A DNA stretch of 64,000 bases from Eledone cirrhosa (taxonomy: Eukaryota). The position numbers were made by a program, and so were the translations under genes. Location: positions 26,846,001 to 26,910,000 of the forward strand of contig OZ024757.1 of the NCBI GenBank assembly GCA_964016885.1, written 5' to 3'. The notes beneath the pieces are model-generated. The model had not been told where the DNA came from. It did not search any database and was given only the letters and a program-made list of their open reading frames with translations. Of the stretch, positions 44,241-58,940 are shown one piece after another. The first letter of the stretch is position 1. Every line of letters begins with the position of its first letter.

Positions 44241-46556
44241 TTATATGCATGTGGATGTGTGTATACATACACATACACATGTATGTGAGTGTATGTATAC
44301 ACATGTACACATACACACACATATATGTGTGTGTGTATATACATACATATATTAAGAATAATGAAACAAAACAGGCACTTCCATAGACACACACGCGCAC
44401 GCACATGAAATGTGTGTATATATGCATGAGTATGAATGTGTGTATGTGTGTGTGTGTGAACGTGTGTGTGAATGAATGTGTGTGTAAGCTGTTGAGTAGT
44501 GTTGGGTCAATGCTGCACTAGAGGACCTTTGGTACACAGATAAACACACAAATGCTTCTAATCAACTACCACTGACCATTTATGCACATGTGGATGTGTG
44601 TATGTGTGTCTGTGTGAGTGTGCGTGTCTATGTGTGTGTGAGTGAGTGTGTGTGTCTGTGTGTGTCTGTGTCTGTATCTATGTGTATGTGTGAGTGTGTG
44701 TGTCTGTATGTGTGTGTGTGAGTGTGTGTGTGTGTGTGAGTGTGTGTGTCTGTATGTGTGTGTGTATGTATGGGTGGGTGTGAGTGTGTGTGTCTGTATG
44801 TGTGTGTGAGTGTGTGTATGTATGTATGTATGTATGTATGTATGTATGTGTAGCTATGTATGTATGTGTAGCTATGTTTGCATACATGTATGTATGTAGC
44901 TATGTATCTATGCGTGCATATGTATCTATGTATGCATAGGTATGTAGGTATGTGTGCAGCTATGTATGCGTGCATATGTAGCTATGCATACATATGTAGG
45001 TATGTGTGCAGCTATGTATGCGTGCATATGTATCTATGTATGCATAGGTATGTAGGTATGTGTGCAGCTATGTATGCGTGCATATGTAGCTAAGCATACA
45101 TATGTAGGTATGTGTGCAGCTATGTATGCGTGCATATGTAGCTATGCATGCATATGTAGGTATGTGTGTACCTATGTATGCATATGTAGCTGTGTATGCA
45201 TGTGTATATAGGTATGTAGGTAGGTGTGTAGCTATGTATGCATGTGTAGCTGTGTATGCATGTGTATGTAGGTATGTGTGTAGCTATGTATGCATATGTA
45301 GCTGTGTATGCATGTGTATATAGGTATGTAGGTATGTGTGTAGCTATGTATGCATATGTAGCTGTGTATGCATGTGTATATAGGTATGTAGGTAGGTGTG
45401 TAGCTATGTATGCATGTGTAGCTGTGTATGCATGTGTATATAGGTATGTAGGTAGGTGTGTAGCTGTGTATGCATGTGTATATAGGTATGTAGGTAGGTG
45501 TGTAGCTGTGTATGCATGTGTATATAGGTATGTAGCTATGTATGCATGCATGTGTAGCTATGTGTGTACGCATGTGCGCACATGTGAGTGTGACTGTACA
45601 TATGTCTATGTAAATACATGTGTGTATACATACATACATGTACGTAAATACATATGTATATGCGCTTATGAGAGACAGTTGGTGTATGATGTTTACATGC
45701 ACATGTGTGTGTGTGTGTGTGTGTATGCATGATATTGCTGGCCATAGGCAAGTCCCTAGCAGGATTAAAAAGCCACGTCGGAGATATGCTTAAGTATCAA
45801 GGGATGGCATTACTGCAAATGGAGTTGAAGCCATTAGCATCATGTATGTATGTCCATGTGTTTAAAAGTCACTACATGTTAATGTTTAGAACCCTGGTCA
45901 ATTCTATTTGTGCAAACCTATCATCGAAAGCATTCCAGCCATGGCCATCCTGTCTTTTCCTTCAGACACAGTGAACCTATGACTACATTATCCAATGCTC
46001 TCTTGCCAAGATATGATTTGACTGCTATTTCTAACCGGTCGAGTTATTGCATGCATGTCCATGGGTATCTTAGTGTGCAGATACTTATTCTCATGTTTTT
46101 ATATACTAAGATTTTTCCAACACGCCGACGTATATGTGCATATGTGTATATGTGTGTTCGTGTGTGCATGTGCATATGTATAAATTTATATGTATGAGTA
46201 TATAAATATAAATGCGCAGGCAAAGACACACTTACAAACATACATTTACACAAACACACAGCGTAGCAAATGGAGCGCCAATCACCGTTTTGTTATAGTT
46301 TTTTTTCACCATCACCTTCCTTCCTTTTACACACTCATACATTCACACAAACACACACACACACACACACACACACATTATGTGACAGATGGAAGTCACT
46401 CAAATTCATATATAGATGTGGATTATGCATGTGTACATTATATATGTATAGATGATGATGATGATATGTATATATATATATATGTATATAAAAGGTAAAC
46501 AGAAATAATAACACAATCGGTACAGTATATGGAAGGAAATATATATTTATATATAA

Positions 46557-46605
<49 letters not shown>

Positions 46606-46712
46606 AACACACATACATAGATATGTGTGTATATATATATATATTTATATATATATAAACACACATACATATATATATATATATAAATACACATACATAC
46701 ATATATATATAA

Positions 46713-46753
<41 letters not shown>

Positions 46754-46779
46754 CACATACATACACATATATATGTATG

Positions 46780-46828
<49 letters not shown>

Positions 46829-47012
46829 GTGCTTATGTACATTCTAAGGTATGTCAATGTAGCTGTATGTGAAGAAGAAGTTTTTCTCAAATCGAGCAGG
46901 AGCAGCAGATCAATGGCTGATGGCTGATTGGAAATATTTAAAATGTTAAATGATTGGTTTAATAAGGAGTACACTTAGGGTCAGTGATTAACTAGCTTCT
47001 ATATGACTTAAT

Positions 47013-47048
<36 letters not shown>

Positions 47049-47333
47049 GTTAAGGGTGGTGCCCCAGCATGGCCTCAGCTGGATGGCTGGAACAGGTAAA
47101 AGAGTATATATATATATACACACACACACTATATATATATATATGCAAGCGTGGAACACGGACGTTAAACGTTGATGATGATGATGATGATATATACACA
47201 TATATATAAATATCCATACATACATACACATACATGCATATATAAACATACATGCATATACGTATGTATGTATATATATATATATATATATATATAAGCA
47301 TATATATATATATATATATATATAAGCATATAA

Positions 47334-47368
<35 letters not shown>

Positions 47369-47444
47369 CATATATATATATTTATAGGTAAGCATATATA
47401 TATATATATATATATATATAAGCACAGACATATAGACATATATG

Positions 47445-47480
<36 letters not shown>

Positions 47481-47702
47481 TAAGTTATTCCGGGTTGAAT
47501 CAGAGGTAGCCACAGTAAGTAAGGTACTCAATACATAGCAGAGTAAAAAGTTTCAATATAGATGAGATTCTACAGGACTAGAACTGTTTCATTCTTTAGA
47601 AATCATCAGGAATCTGGCTTTCCAAAATTTTGGAAAGCCAGATTCCTGATGATTTCTAAAGAATGAAACAGTTCTAGTCCTGTAGAATCTCATCTATATT
47701 AA

Positions 47703-47733
<31 letters not shown>

Positions 47734-47751
47734 AGCACAGACATATAGACA

Positions 47752-47798
<47 letters not shown>

Positions 47799-48322
47799 GT
47801 ATACACATGCAACATACTTGGAGAGGCATTGGAGCAGCAGAGCCAGGGTGTTGAGAAGTGTAATCCAATGAAGAACTACACATATGATTCCAACAGGTAG
47901 CTGGGAGAGATGGGAGGGGTATGAGAGAGATGTGGAGAGAGGAGGAGGTTTGAGGGAGGGGAGAGAAGAGAGAGAGAGAGGGGGGTATTGTCTGGTAAGG
48001 GATTGAAGGAGATGTTTCCGGAAGGAATGGAAGAAGAGGGAAAAGTATTTTGTGAAAGAGGGATCGTTAAAATGGTGTGTGTGTGTGTGTGTGTGTATAC
48101 ATGTGTGTGTGTGTGTATACATGTGTGTGTGTGTATATATATACGTGTGTGCATATGTATATATGTATATATATATATACACACACACACACATATATAC
48201 ACATGCATACACACACACACACACATATGTGTGTGTGTATATACATGTGTGTGCATATGTATAAATATATATGTGTTTATATATATATACACACACACAC
48301 ACACATATACACACACATATAT

Positions 48323-48353
<31 letters not shown>

Positions 48354-48621
48354 TATATATATGTGTGTGTGTGTATATATACATGTGTGTGCATTTATAT
48401 ATATATGTGTGTTTATATATATATATACACCCACATACACATATATATACACATATATATACACACATGCATACACACACACGTATATATACATGTGTGT
48501 GCATATGTATATATATATGTGTTTATATATATATACATACACATATATATGTACACACGCATACACACACACACACTCACATACATATATACACACCCAC
48601 ACACACACATATATACACACC

Positions 48622-48653
<32 letters not shown>

Positions 48654-49105
48654 CATGAAAGAAATGAAAAAAAAAGAGAATGTGTGTGAAAGACAGGAAG
48701 AAGGAGAGGGGAAAGGAAAGAAGGAAGAGAAAGAGCAGGTGAGGTATAGAGAGGGTGAGAGTGATGTGAAAGAAATATGGGAACGAGAGAGAGAGAGTGA
48801 GTGATGTGAAAGGAATGAGAGAGAGGGGGGGGTTGTATATTAAATATGGAATTGAGTGAAGGAACAGATTCTAGAGAAATTTCTTTGGACCAAACCAGAT
48901 ATTGGAATGTTGGTGCTGGGTGTGGTAGGGGGTGGGGATGAGGGAATAGATGAAAGGTAGAGAGAGAGAGAGAGGGGGGAGGAGGAGAGAGGAAGTGAGA
49001 ACGAGTGAGAGGTGAAGAGTGAGTGAGAAAAAACAGGAATGAAGGTGAGAGAGAGAGAGAGAGTGTGGGAGGTTGGGGAGAGAAGTGGAGAAAAGAAGAG
49101 AGAAT

Positions 49106-49136
<31 letters not shown>

Positions 49137-50429
49137 AGCGAGAGAGAGAGAGAGATTGAGAGCGAGAGAGAGAGAGATTGAGAGCGAGAGAGAGAGAGAT
49201 TGAGAGAGAGAGAGAGAGAGAGAGAATGAGAGAGAGAGAAAGAATGAGAGAGAGAGAAAGAATGAGAGAGAGAGAGAGAGAGAGAGATTAGTGAAAACAA
49301 AAGTAAGTTGCAAGCTGTATTACAGACCCAGCCAACCCATACCATTCCAAAGGCCAACAATTTTTTGGGGAGGGGAAAGTCAATTAAATCGACCCCAGTG
49401 CATGACTGGTATTTTATTTCATCGACCTTGTGAGGATGAAAGGCAACGGGAACCTCGGCAGTTTTTTTAACTCAGAATGTAAAGGGCCATCACTAAAAGT
49501 CACTAAGCTTGTTGTCCGATGCTCTACCAATTCTGTCAATCCACTGCTGATGATAACAATAAAGGTTTCTGATTGAGACACAAGGCCAATAAATTTTTGG
49601 GGTAAAGGAAAAGTCGATTAAATCGACCTCAGTGTGTGACTGGTACTTTATTTTATCAACCTCGTAATTTGAACTCAGAAGCTAAAGGGCCGTAACTACA
49701 TAGAGTAAAGTGTGTTGTCCGACGCTCTACCGATTCTGCAAATCCAGTGCTGACGATAACGATAATTGTTTCTACTTTTGGCACAAGGCCAGCAATTATT
49801 CCAGTGTATTACTGGTACTTTATTTTATCGACCCTGTAAGGATGAAAGGCAAAGTTAACCTCGGCGGGATTTGAACTCAGATCATAAAGGGGCGTAACTC
49901 TATGCTTCAAAGCATGGCGTCCGACCCTCTACCGATACTGCCAATCCATCGCCCTACGCTGACGATAACAATAATGACGACACCAATGGTGATAATAAAT
50001 TGCCATGATTGGCTGACTTAACAGTTTAGAAGTACTAAAACTTACAAAAAAAAAAGCTATTTACTAATGCTGGGTTTGTTGATACCATATTAACCACAAA
50101 TTATAGGCATTCTCCGATTCCAACAATAGCTCTCTCTTGCTATACTCCCTATAAACTTGCACTCTCACTCTCCTCCTTCCTCTTCATAGCTCATGTACCA
50201 CTCTCCACCATCACCCCCGCACCTCATCCGACATCAACATATAATTAACATTTATTGATAACATAAAAGGTCCCAGCAAGCTACATGTTGGTCTTTTTCC
50301 AATTGTCAGAAGAAGAATATAAAACTAAATAAAATGAAATAATATTCTGTAATTGTCGTTTAATTATCGGACTTTTCTGATTTCTCTGCTGAAATTATAT
50401 ATTTGCTTAGCAATTGATTGAAACTATGA

Positions 50430-50850
50430 ATTGCCTGCAACTGTACCTCCTGTGTCTGTCACTAGCAACTTTAGATTGCCTGTTACCTGTGACCTGTCAC
50501 TAGCAACTTTCGACTGCATTGCCTGTTTTATGTCCTGTCACTAGCAATTTTAGATCGCATTGCCTGTTAGCTATGTGATATTACAAGCAACTTTAGATTG
50601 CATTGCCTGTAACCTATGTCCTATCACTAGCAACTTTAGACTACATTGCCTGTTTTATGTCCTGCCACTAGCAACTTTAGATTGCTTTGCTTGTTTCCCA
50701 TGTTATATTACAAGCAACTTTAGATTGCCTATAATCTATGTCCTGTCACTAGCAACTTTAGATTGTGTTGCCTATATCCTATCATGAGCAACTCTAGATT
50801 GCCTGTTACTTATGTTTGTCCCCAGCAACTTTAGGTTATATTGCCTGAGC
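50430..50850. repeat. Degenerate ~35-45-bp tandem repeat
   Basis: Recurrent CACTAGCAACTTTAGATTGC..GCCTG. Confidence 0.8.
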
Positions 50851-51766
50851 CCTGTTCCTCAGCAAATTTAAAGGGCTTCCAAGACTGGAGAAATTGATGC
50901 CTTTCAGTTTCAATTGTTGCAGGACCACTCCTGAGTAGGAGAGACTAGGAATAAGGGGTAGAACTGCGCCCAGTGAGGGATGGGGCTTGAACACAACATG
51001 GGTGCTAAAAGGAGGAGAGACAAGTAAGTCAAGAAAGTAGATGTTGCATGAAACTAAGTAGGCTCCGAGGAGCAGAGGACATTGTAGTAGAGGTAGAAGA
51101 ACCAAAGGGAGGCGACGAGCATGTCTGTGGGCCATAGAAACCCTGCTGTTTGAACAAGGGTCTGTCTAGTCAGCAGTTTCATGGGTGGTCCATGAATCAA
51201 AGGCAGAAATAATCAATCACCCAACTAAAAATTCATTAATCATCATTATTGTAGTTGTCAATATCCCCCACCCAACTCACAATCCACCTCTGTAAGTGTT
51301 ACAGTGGCGTAGGGGGGGAGGACTCCCTCCACACACACTCCATCACTATCCAAATTTGGAAGAGTTGTATAGTGGAGTGAGAGCCCTCCTCCCCCGCCTT
51401 TGTTACCAGCAAAATCTGTGGGGGGCTCTTCCTCCCACACCCCATGTCAGAAGGAAGTAATAATTGGTGGTAAAGTGCAATTGTGGTGGTTTACAACTGG
51501 CATTTTAAACCTTGTAATGAGGGTGTGTGGTGGAGAAGGGGGGTGATTAATGGATGGGGGCAAAATGTTGTTACCCCCTTCAATATCGCAATGAAAACTA
51601 TTTTAATTAAAGTAGAGGAGAAGAGAGGCAAGCCCCAATATTAGAAATGTAATATGTTTATCTAAACTCAACTCATGTGTGACCAACCAACCATACATAT
51701 ACACACACAAAATCTCACATATACATACATGTGTGTGTGCGGAAATGATTCTAGAAAATATGGTTG

Positions 51767-51820
<54 letters not shown>

Positions 51821-51934
51821 TATATATATATGTGTGTATATATGTATGTAAAAGGTAAACAGAAATAACAACACAATCGGTACAGTATATGGAAGGGATA
51901 TATTAGGTTAACGCTTGATATAGCAGGAAGAGGG

Positions 51935-51970
51935 TCTTAACGTTTCGGACGCTAGTCCTTCATCAGAAGA
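51935..51970 (-). ncRNA. Minimal type I hammerhead ribozyme
   Basis: TCTT-CTGATGA-AGGAC tagc GTCC-GAAA-CG-TT-AAGA; same family as 17400-17435 with a different stem II that still pairs. Confidence 0.72.
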
Positions 51971-52237
51971 AAGAATGAGAAATAAGATACCTGGAATTGG
52001 AAAAAATGTCTTTAGATAAAAATAACAGGTCCATTCATGTTGACATCTCTTGTGTGTGTATATATATATATCATATTTAATATAGAAATTGCTTCTACAG
52101 GACTAGAACTGTTTCATTCAAAAGAAATCATCAGGAAAGCCGACTGTCCTTGTAAAACTGTTGTATTGAGTACCTTACTAACTGTGGTTACTCCCAATTG
52201 AACCTAGGACACATATATACACACACACATATATATA

Positions 52238-52310
52238 TACAGGGTGTCCCAAAATGTGTGCACACATTTATTAGAATGCTGTTGAAGTGTATATACGTTT
52301 TTTGGGGACA

Positions 52311-52315
<5 letters not shown>
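52238..52315. mobile_element. Tc1/mariner-type MITE; related copies at 36938-37035 and 6618-6712
   Basis: TA-CAGGGTGTCCCAAAA...TTTTGGGGACACCA-TA imperfect TIRs. Confidence 0.6.
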
Positions 52316-52369
<54 letters not shown>

Positions 52370-52654
52370 TGTGTGTGTAAAGGGCAGCAGTGAAACATGT
52401 CTGAGAGGAGTGCATTGTTTAAAATTTTTCCAAAAGATTTGGATCAGCTCAGGCTATAGGAGTTCTCTCTCTTGTTTGCTTCTCGTGATCTGAACACTTT
52501 TAAAGGGAGTTTCAGTATGCGTGTGTGTGTGTATTTATGTGCATGTATGTATGTGATTGTGCTTATATTTGTGGATGTGTGTATATTTGTTTCTGTGTGT
52601 ATGTATACGTCTTTCTGTTTGTGTATGTATGTATGGATATTTGGGTGTGTGTGT

Positions 52655-52691
<37 letters not shown>

Positions 52692-53877
52692 TGGATGCAT
52701 GTACATTGTGTTTGTGTGTATATATATGTGTATATATACATGTGTATGTGTATGATTGACAAATGCCAACCAATATGTCAACACACCCCAAACTCCTTGA
52801 CTACCCCCCCCCCCAATGTCAGATTAAGACTGATAGAATTAAAATTGTAGTGTGTATGTGTTGCCCTGTATATGTATTACATAGTTAGTGTCTGTGTGCG
52901 TTATGATGTGTATGTATGTGTTTTGCTATAAGTGTATATGTTGTAGTCTGTGTATGATGTGCTGTGTTTGTGTGTGTGTGTGTATGTGTTGCCCTGTATA
53001 TGTATTACATAGTGAGTGTCTGTGTGTTTTGCGATGTGTGTTTGTGCTGTGTATGTATGTGTTTTGCTATGTGTATATGTTGTAGTCTGTGTATGATGTG
53101 CTGTGTTTGTGTGTGTGTATGTGTTGCCCTGTATATGTATTACATAGTGAGTGGATGTGTGTTTTGTGATGTGTGTTTGTGCTGTGTATGTATGTGTTTT
53201 GCTATATGTGTATATGTTGTAGTCTGTGAATGATGTGCTGTCTTTGAGTGTGTGTGTATGATGTGCTGTGTGCAGGTGTGTCTGATGTGCCATGTTTGTG
53301 TGTGTGTGTAAATAAGAGTATGATGCACTGTGTTTGTGTGTGCGTGTATGTATATAAGGGTATGATACCCTGTAATTGTGTGTGCGTGTGTGTGTGAGTG
53401 TCACTAATTATTTCACCTAGAAATAATTACAAGATTAAGGATGGTTAAAATAGTGCAGACATGTGAGAGAGAGAGAGTGAGAGAGGGACAGAGACAGTCA
53501 GAGTGAGGGAGGGAGAGAGAGCAAGAGAAGGACAGACAGACAGTGAGAGATTATAGGTTTTGTTGTTGTTGTTGTTGTTCAGCACTCAGCCACAGACATA
53601 CATCTGACAGATGTCCAGATCTCCAGATGTCCCAACCATAACAATCCCAACTTTTACTCGGAAAATGTATCTCTCCAACCAGAACTACAGCATCTAACGT
53701 GCTCCATTTCTAAGACTGTAGAGTGTAATTTGAAGGGTATTTGGTTGCTATTTTTAGCAGATCAAGCAATGACCACAGAGTATTTTTCTTTTGTTTGTTT
53801 GTTTGTTTGAGAGAGAAAGAGAGAGAATGTGAGAGAGGAGTAACGAGAAAGAGAGGAGAGAACCATAAAGTGAATGG

Positions 53878-53910
<33 letters not shown>

Positions 53911-54177
53911 TGACAGAATTGGTAGAGAAAAAAGAAAAAACAGATGATGATGATGAGTCTATTTGCTAACGAGGAGATATCGGATTAATTAGCTCTGTTG
54001 GCATGGAGATATAACTGTGATCTGTTTCATATGTAATTACATTTCTATTCCTTAGAACACAAAATACACAAACAGACGTTGCAGGAGAGGTGAGAGGTTG
54101 AGAGGGATAGGGGTGGGGTTATGACCAGTAGAATACAACACTGGATGTATTACTGTTTATCACTAAATCTGTTTGGA

Positions 54178-54463
54178 AGTACGTGGCCTAGTGGTAAGGG
54201 TGTTGGACTTATGACCATTATGATGTGGGATCAACTCCTGGATTGACTTGTGTGTTGCGTTATTGAGCAAAACACTTCGTTTCGTTTCATGTTGCTCCAG
54301 TATACTCAACTGAAAATGAGTACTAGCTCTAGCTGGGGGAGTTTAACCCTGTGATGGACTGGCGTCCTGTCCTGGGGGGAGTAGTGTACTCTCAGTCGCT
54401 TAATGCCATGGAAACCAGGATAAACACCGACCTGATGAGCCTCAAGGTTTGAGACAGACTTTA
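54178..54463 (+). mobile_element. tRNA-derived SINE with V-domain-like body; reverse copy at 27395-27640
   Basis: TGGCCTAGTGG A box, B-box-like GGATCAACTCC, CCCTGTGATGGACTGGCGTCCTGTCC motif. Confidence 0.6.
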
Positions 54464-54789
54464 GACAACATTTGTTTATTCTGTTACTGGTTTCGGTCAT
54501 TAGACTACGACCATGTTGGTGCAATGTCTTGAAGAAGAAGAAGAACAACAACAACAATATCCAGAGCAAAGGAAATTTACAGCTCACACCTCTGTAGGTT
54601 TAGCTGGCCTTCTACAAGATTACATCTCATAGAAGGTCTCATGAGTATTTTAAGGATAGATTCACAAGTCCTCTTATGTTTCAGTTTACACCTCTGCAAG
54701 TTTAGCTGACCTTATGTTACAGCCCACAACTCTGTGTGGGTTTAGCTTGCCTCATACAACATTTCTGGGATACTTTAATAATAGAGCCC

Positions 54790-55745
54790 ACCAGTCCTAC
54801 CATGTTACAGCTCACACCTATATAGGTTTAGTTGGCCTCCTATGAGCTTGCATCTCAGATTTTGGAGAGGTTTTAATGATAAGATCACCAGTCCTATCAT
54901 GTTACAGCTCACACCTATATAGGTTTAGTTGGCCTCCTATGAGCTTGCATCTCAGATTTTGGAGGGGTTTTAATGATAAGATCACCAATCCTATCATGTT
55001 ACAGCTCACACCTATATAGGTTTAGTTGGCCTCCTATGAGCTTGCATCTCAGATTTTGGAGGGGTTTTAATGATAGGATCACCAGTCCTACCATGTTACA
55101 GCTCACACCTATATAGGTTTAGTTGGCCTCCTATGAGCTTGCATCTCAGATTTTGGAGGGGTTTTAATGATAAGATCACCAGTCCTATCATGCTGTTACA
55201 GCTCACACCTATATAGGTTTAGTTGGCCTCCTATGAACTTGCATCTCAGATTTTGGAGGGGTTTTAATGATAAGATCACCAGTCCTACCATGTTACAGCT
55301 CACACCTATATAGGTTTAGTTGACCTCCTATGAGCCTGCATCTCAGATTTTGGAGGGGTTTTAATGATAAGATCACCAGTCCAATCATGCTGTTACAGAT
55401 CACACCTATATAGGTTTAGTTGACCTCCTATGAGCTTGCATCTCAGATTTTGGAGGGGTTTTAATGATAGGATCACCAGTCCTATCATGCTGTTACAGAT
55501 CACACCTATATAGGTTTAGTTGACCTCCTATGAGCTTGCATCTCAGATTTTGGAGGGGTTTTAATGATAAGATCACTAGTCCTATCATGCTGTTACAGCT
55601 CACACCTATATAGGTTTAGTTGGCCTCCTATGAGCTTGCATCTCAGATTTTGGAGAGGTTTTAATGATAGGATCACCAGTCCTATCATGCTGTTACAGAT
55701 TACACCTCGGTAGGTTTAGTTGGCCTCCTATGAGCTTACATCTCA
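54790..55745. repeat. 97/100-bp tandem satellite, ~10 copies
   Basis: ACCAGTCCTATCATG(CTG)TTACAGCTCACACCTATATAGGTTTAGTTGGCCTCCTATGAGCTTGCATCTCAGATTTTGGAGGGGTTTTAATGATAAGATC. Confidence 0.95.
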
Positions 55746-56024
55746 TAGATTTCATGTTGTTATAGCTCATAGCTTATGTACGTTTAGCTGACCTCCCATG
55801 AGCTTGCATTTCATGGATGTCTTAATGATAAGGACACTAGTCCTATCATCTCGATGTTACAGTGAATCCATTTTATAGGTTTCTTGAATGATAGGGGCAC
55901 CATAGGAAATTTCTTAGAGGTGATATGGTCTAGTGTGTGGTGTTTAATGTAGGTTTATGGATTGCATTTACTGGAGCTTATGGATAGCCATGGATTGAAA
56001 TAAATTTGTTTATGTTCAAGTTAA

Positions 56025-56254
56025 CCATTTAGCATTAGCATTACTCTCTCTATATATATATACTGTTAGATTTTCATGGTAAACACTTTATTTCCCATAA
56101 ATATCTCACATAATATCGAATCTACGAGATTTGGATATTATTTATTTTGAGAACAATACCTTAACATCAGTATGAGTGGCCAGTTACGGTCGGTTTGAAC
56201 AGAAAGAGGTAAGAAAATTCTGGCTGGATACGGCTAGTTTAAATTCCTAAAGGG
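56025..56254. mobile_element. piggyBac-type MITE
   Basis: TTAA flanks and family internal sequence. Confidence 0.75.
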
Positions 56255-56435
56255 TTAAAGCAATCGACAGTCTCAGTATCACACACACACACCTTAAAGG
56301 CATTTTTTGCTCAATGGTTATCAAAACAGTTTAAGCTTAGCTGTTGGTCAAAGAATCCCTATATTGGTAACTACACTAATTTCTCAAAGTATAGAATACT
56401 ACACACATGAGATGTTATGACCAGTTAGGCCATTA

Positions 56436-56531
<96 letters not shown>

Positions 56532-56638
56532 CGGAATAACAGAAAACAGACAACAAACACAGGAGTAAATGTTACAAATATTATTAGTTTCAGGCTTGGT
56601 TAGAGTGGGATATATATATATATATATATATTTGTCTC

Positions 56639-56669
<31 letters not shown>

Positions 56670-56690
56670 ATATATATACACACACACACA

Positions 56691-56732
<42 letters not shown>

Positions 56733-57050
56733 CAGAGAGAGAGAGAGAGAGAGAGAGGGAGACAAATATATATATATATATCCCACTTTCACCAAGCGTG
56801 AAACTAATAATATTTGTAACATTTACTCTTGCGTTTGTCTGTTTTTTTGTTTTCTGTTATTCCAAACTATATATATATATATAGTTTGGAATAACAGAAA
56901 ACGAAAAACAGATAAACGCAAGAGTAAATGTTACAAATATTATTAGTTTCACGCTTGGTGAAAGTGGGATATATATATATATTTGTCTCCCTCTCTCTCT
57001 CTATATATATATATATATTTGTCTCCCTCTATATATATATATAGTTTGGA

Positions 57051-57114
<64 letters not shown>

Positions 57115-57441
57115 TGAGCGACAGATGTACAAGACAAAGAAAGGCAAGTTTCTCCACCAGCCACCAGACACCACCACCACCTGGTCAGCAAATGAACTTC
57201 TAGCATGACTTGCCAGATAATGCTACCTGCAATATTTCCCAATGGATTGGGTCTTGAAACAGAGTCTCTTTCTCTCTGTCTCCCCCTCCCTCCCTCTTCT
57301 CTCTACTTATGTATCTCTCGCTCTTTATCTCTCTATCTCTTTTCCCCCCTCTATCTATCTATCTATCTATCTCTATCTATCTCTATCTATCTATATTTTT
57401 CTCTCTTTAATCATGTTTTTACCAATTCTACTGCCATCACT

Positions 57442-57706
57442 TGATGATGATGGTGGTGGTGGTGGTGGTGGTTATGATGATGATGGTTATGATGATGATG
57501 ATGATGATGGTTATGGCGATGATGACGATGACGACGGTGATTATTATGATGATGGTTATGATGATGATGACGGTGATTATTATGATGATGGTTATGATGA
57601 TGGTTATAATGATGCTGATGATAATGGTGGCAATGGTGGTGGTTGTGATGATGATGATGATGATGATGGTGGTTACGATGATGATGGTTGTGCCGCCGCC
57701 ACCGCC

Positions 57707-57799
<93 letters not shown>
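57442..57799. repeat. (GAT/GGT)n trinucleotide array
   Basis: Direct reading. Confidence 0.95.
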
Positions 57800-57800
<1 letters not shown>

Positions 57801-58639
57801 GAAGTGAAATGATATATGCTCCAATGAAACGTGATCATTTTTTCTCTTTGTTTTTTTTTGTTTGTTTGTTTGTTTGCGCACCCCCCCCCCCCCTGCTATT
57901 TTTTTTTTTTTTTTTTTTTCTTCTTTTGTTTCTAATAACCATTTGCTGTTCCAGCGCCATGTGAAAGAGAAAGACAGAGAAATGATGTTTCTTCAGTTGG
58001 CTGGAATATTTCTGGTGGAAACAGAAATGTAGTTTCTTTTGGAAAGGTTTGTTGTAGTGTAGAAAATCTATAATGAAAGAGGAATCCAGAGAGAGGGGGA
58101 GAGGAGGGGGGAGGAGGGAGGGATGACATGGTGGTGGAGGGGGTGAGAGAGAGATGACATGGGGGGGGGGGGGGGGGGTGAAAAAAAATATATATGAAGG
58201 TGAGTGGAGTGGAGTGGAGTGGAGTGGAGAAAAACCAGAGTGGAGTGGGGTGGAGAGAAGGCGAGTGTGGACTAGAGTGAAGGTAAGAATGGAGTGGAAT
58301 GAAGGTAAGAATGTGATGTGAAGGAATAGAATGTGATGTGAAGAAAAACAGGAAGAATGTGATGTGAAGGAGTGGAGTGTGATGTGAAGGAGAATGTAAT
58401 GTGATGTGAAGGAGAATGTAATGTGATGTGACGGAGAATGTAATGTGATGTGAAGGAGGATGTAATGTGGTGTGAAGGAGGATGTAATGTGGTGTGAAGG
58501 AGAAGAGTGTGATGTGAAGGAGCAGAATGTGATGTGAAGGAGAATGTGATGTGAAGGAGCGGAATGTGATGTGAAGGAGCGGAATGTGATGTGAAGAAGA
58601 ATATGAAGAAAATAAGTGTCCAGTGTATTATTAGACAGG

Positions 58640-58820
58640 ACACAGGCATGGCTGAGCGGTTAAGAAGTTCACTTCACAACCATGAAGTCCTGGGTTCAAT
58701 CCCATTGAGTTTAATCTTGGGCAAATATCTTTACCATGGCCTTGGGTTAACACAAGCCTTGTGAGTGAAACTGGGTAGGCAGAAACTATGAGGAAGCCCG
58801 ACAGGCAGACTGCACCGGTG
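58640..58820 (+). mobile_element. tRNA-derived SINE; reverse copy at ~15020-15155
   Basis: TGGCTGAGCGG A box, GGTTCAATCCC B box, tail GCCTTGTGAGTG...GAAACT. Confidence 0.65.
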
Positions 58821-58905
58821 TATATCAAAGATGTGTGTATGTGAGTGAGTGACATAGTCAGAGTTGCAGCAGGGGGAAGACAGAGAAATAGAGACAGGAT
58901 ATGAT

Positions 58906-58940
<35 letters not shown>

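Noticed and set aside
54425-54455. CTGATGAG as a hammerhead core
   Set aside because: GAAA replaced by GAGA, and the other SINE copies lack the core; isolated CTGATGA at ~5903, ~6752 and ~26299 also lack stems
57242-57881. Poly-Asp, poly-His and poly-Met ORFs
   Set aside because: (GAT)n microsatellite with no splice or homology support
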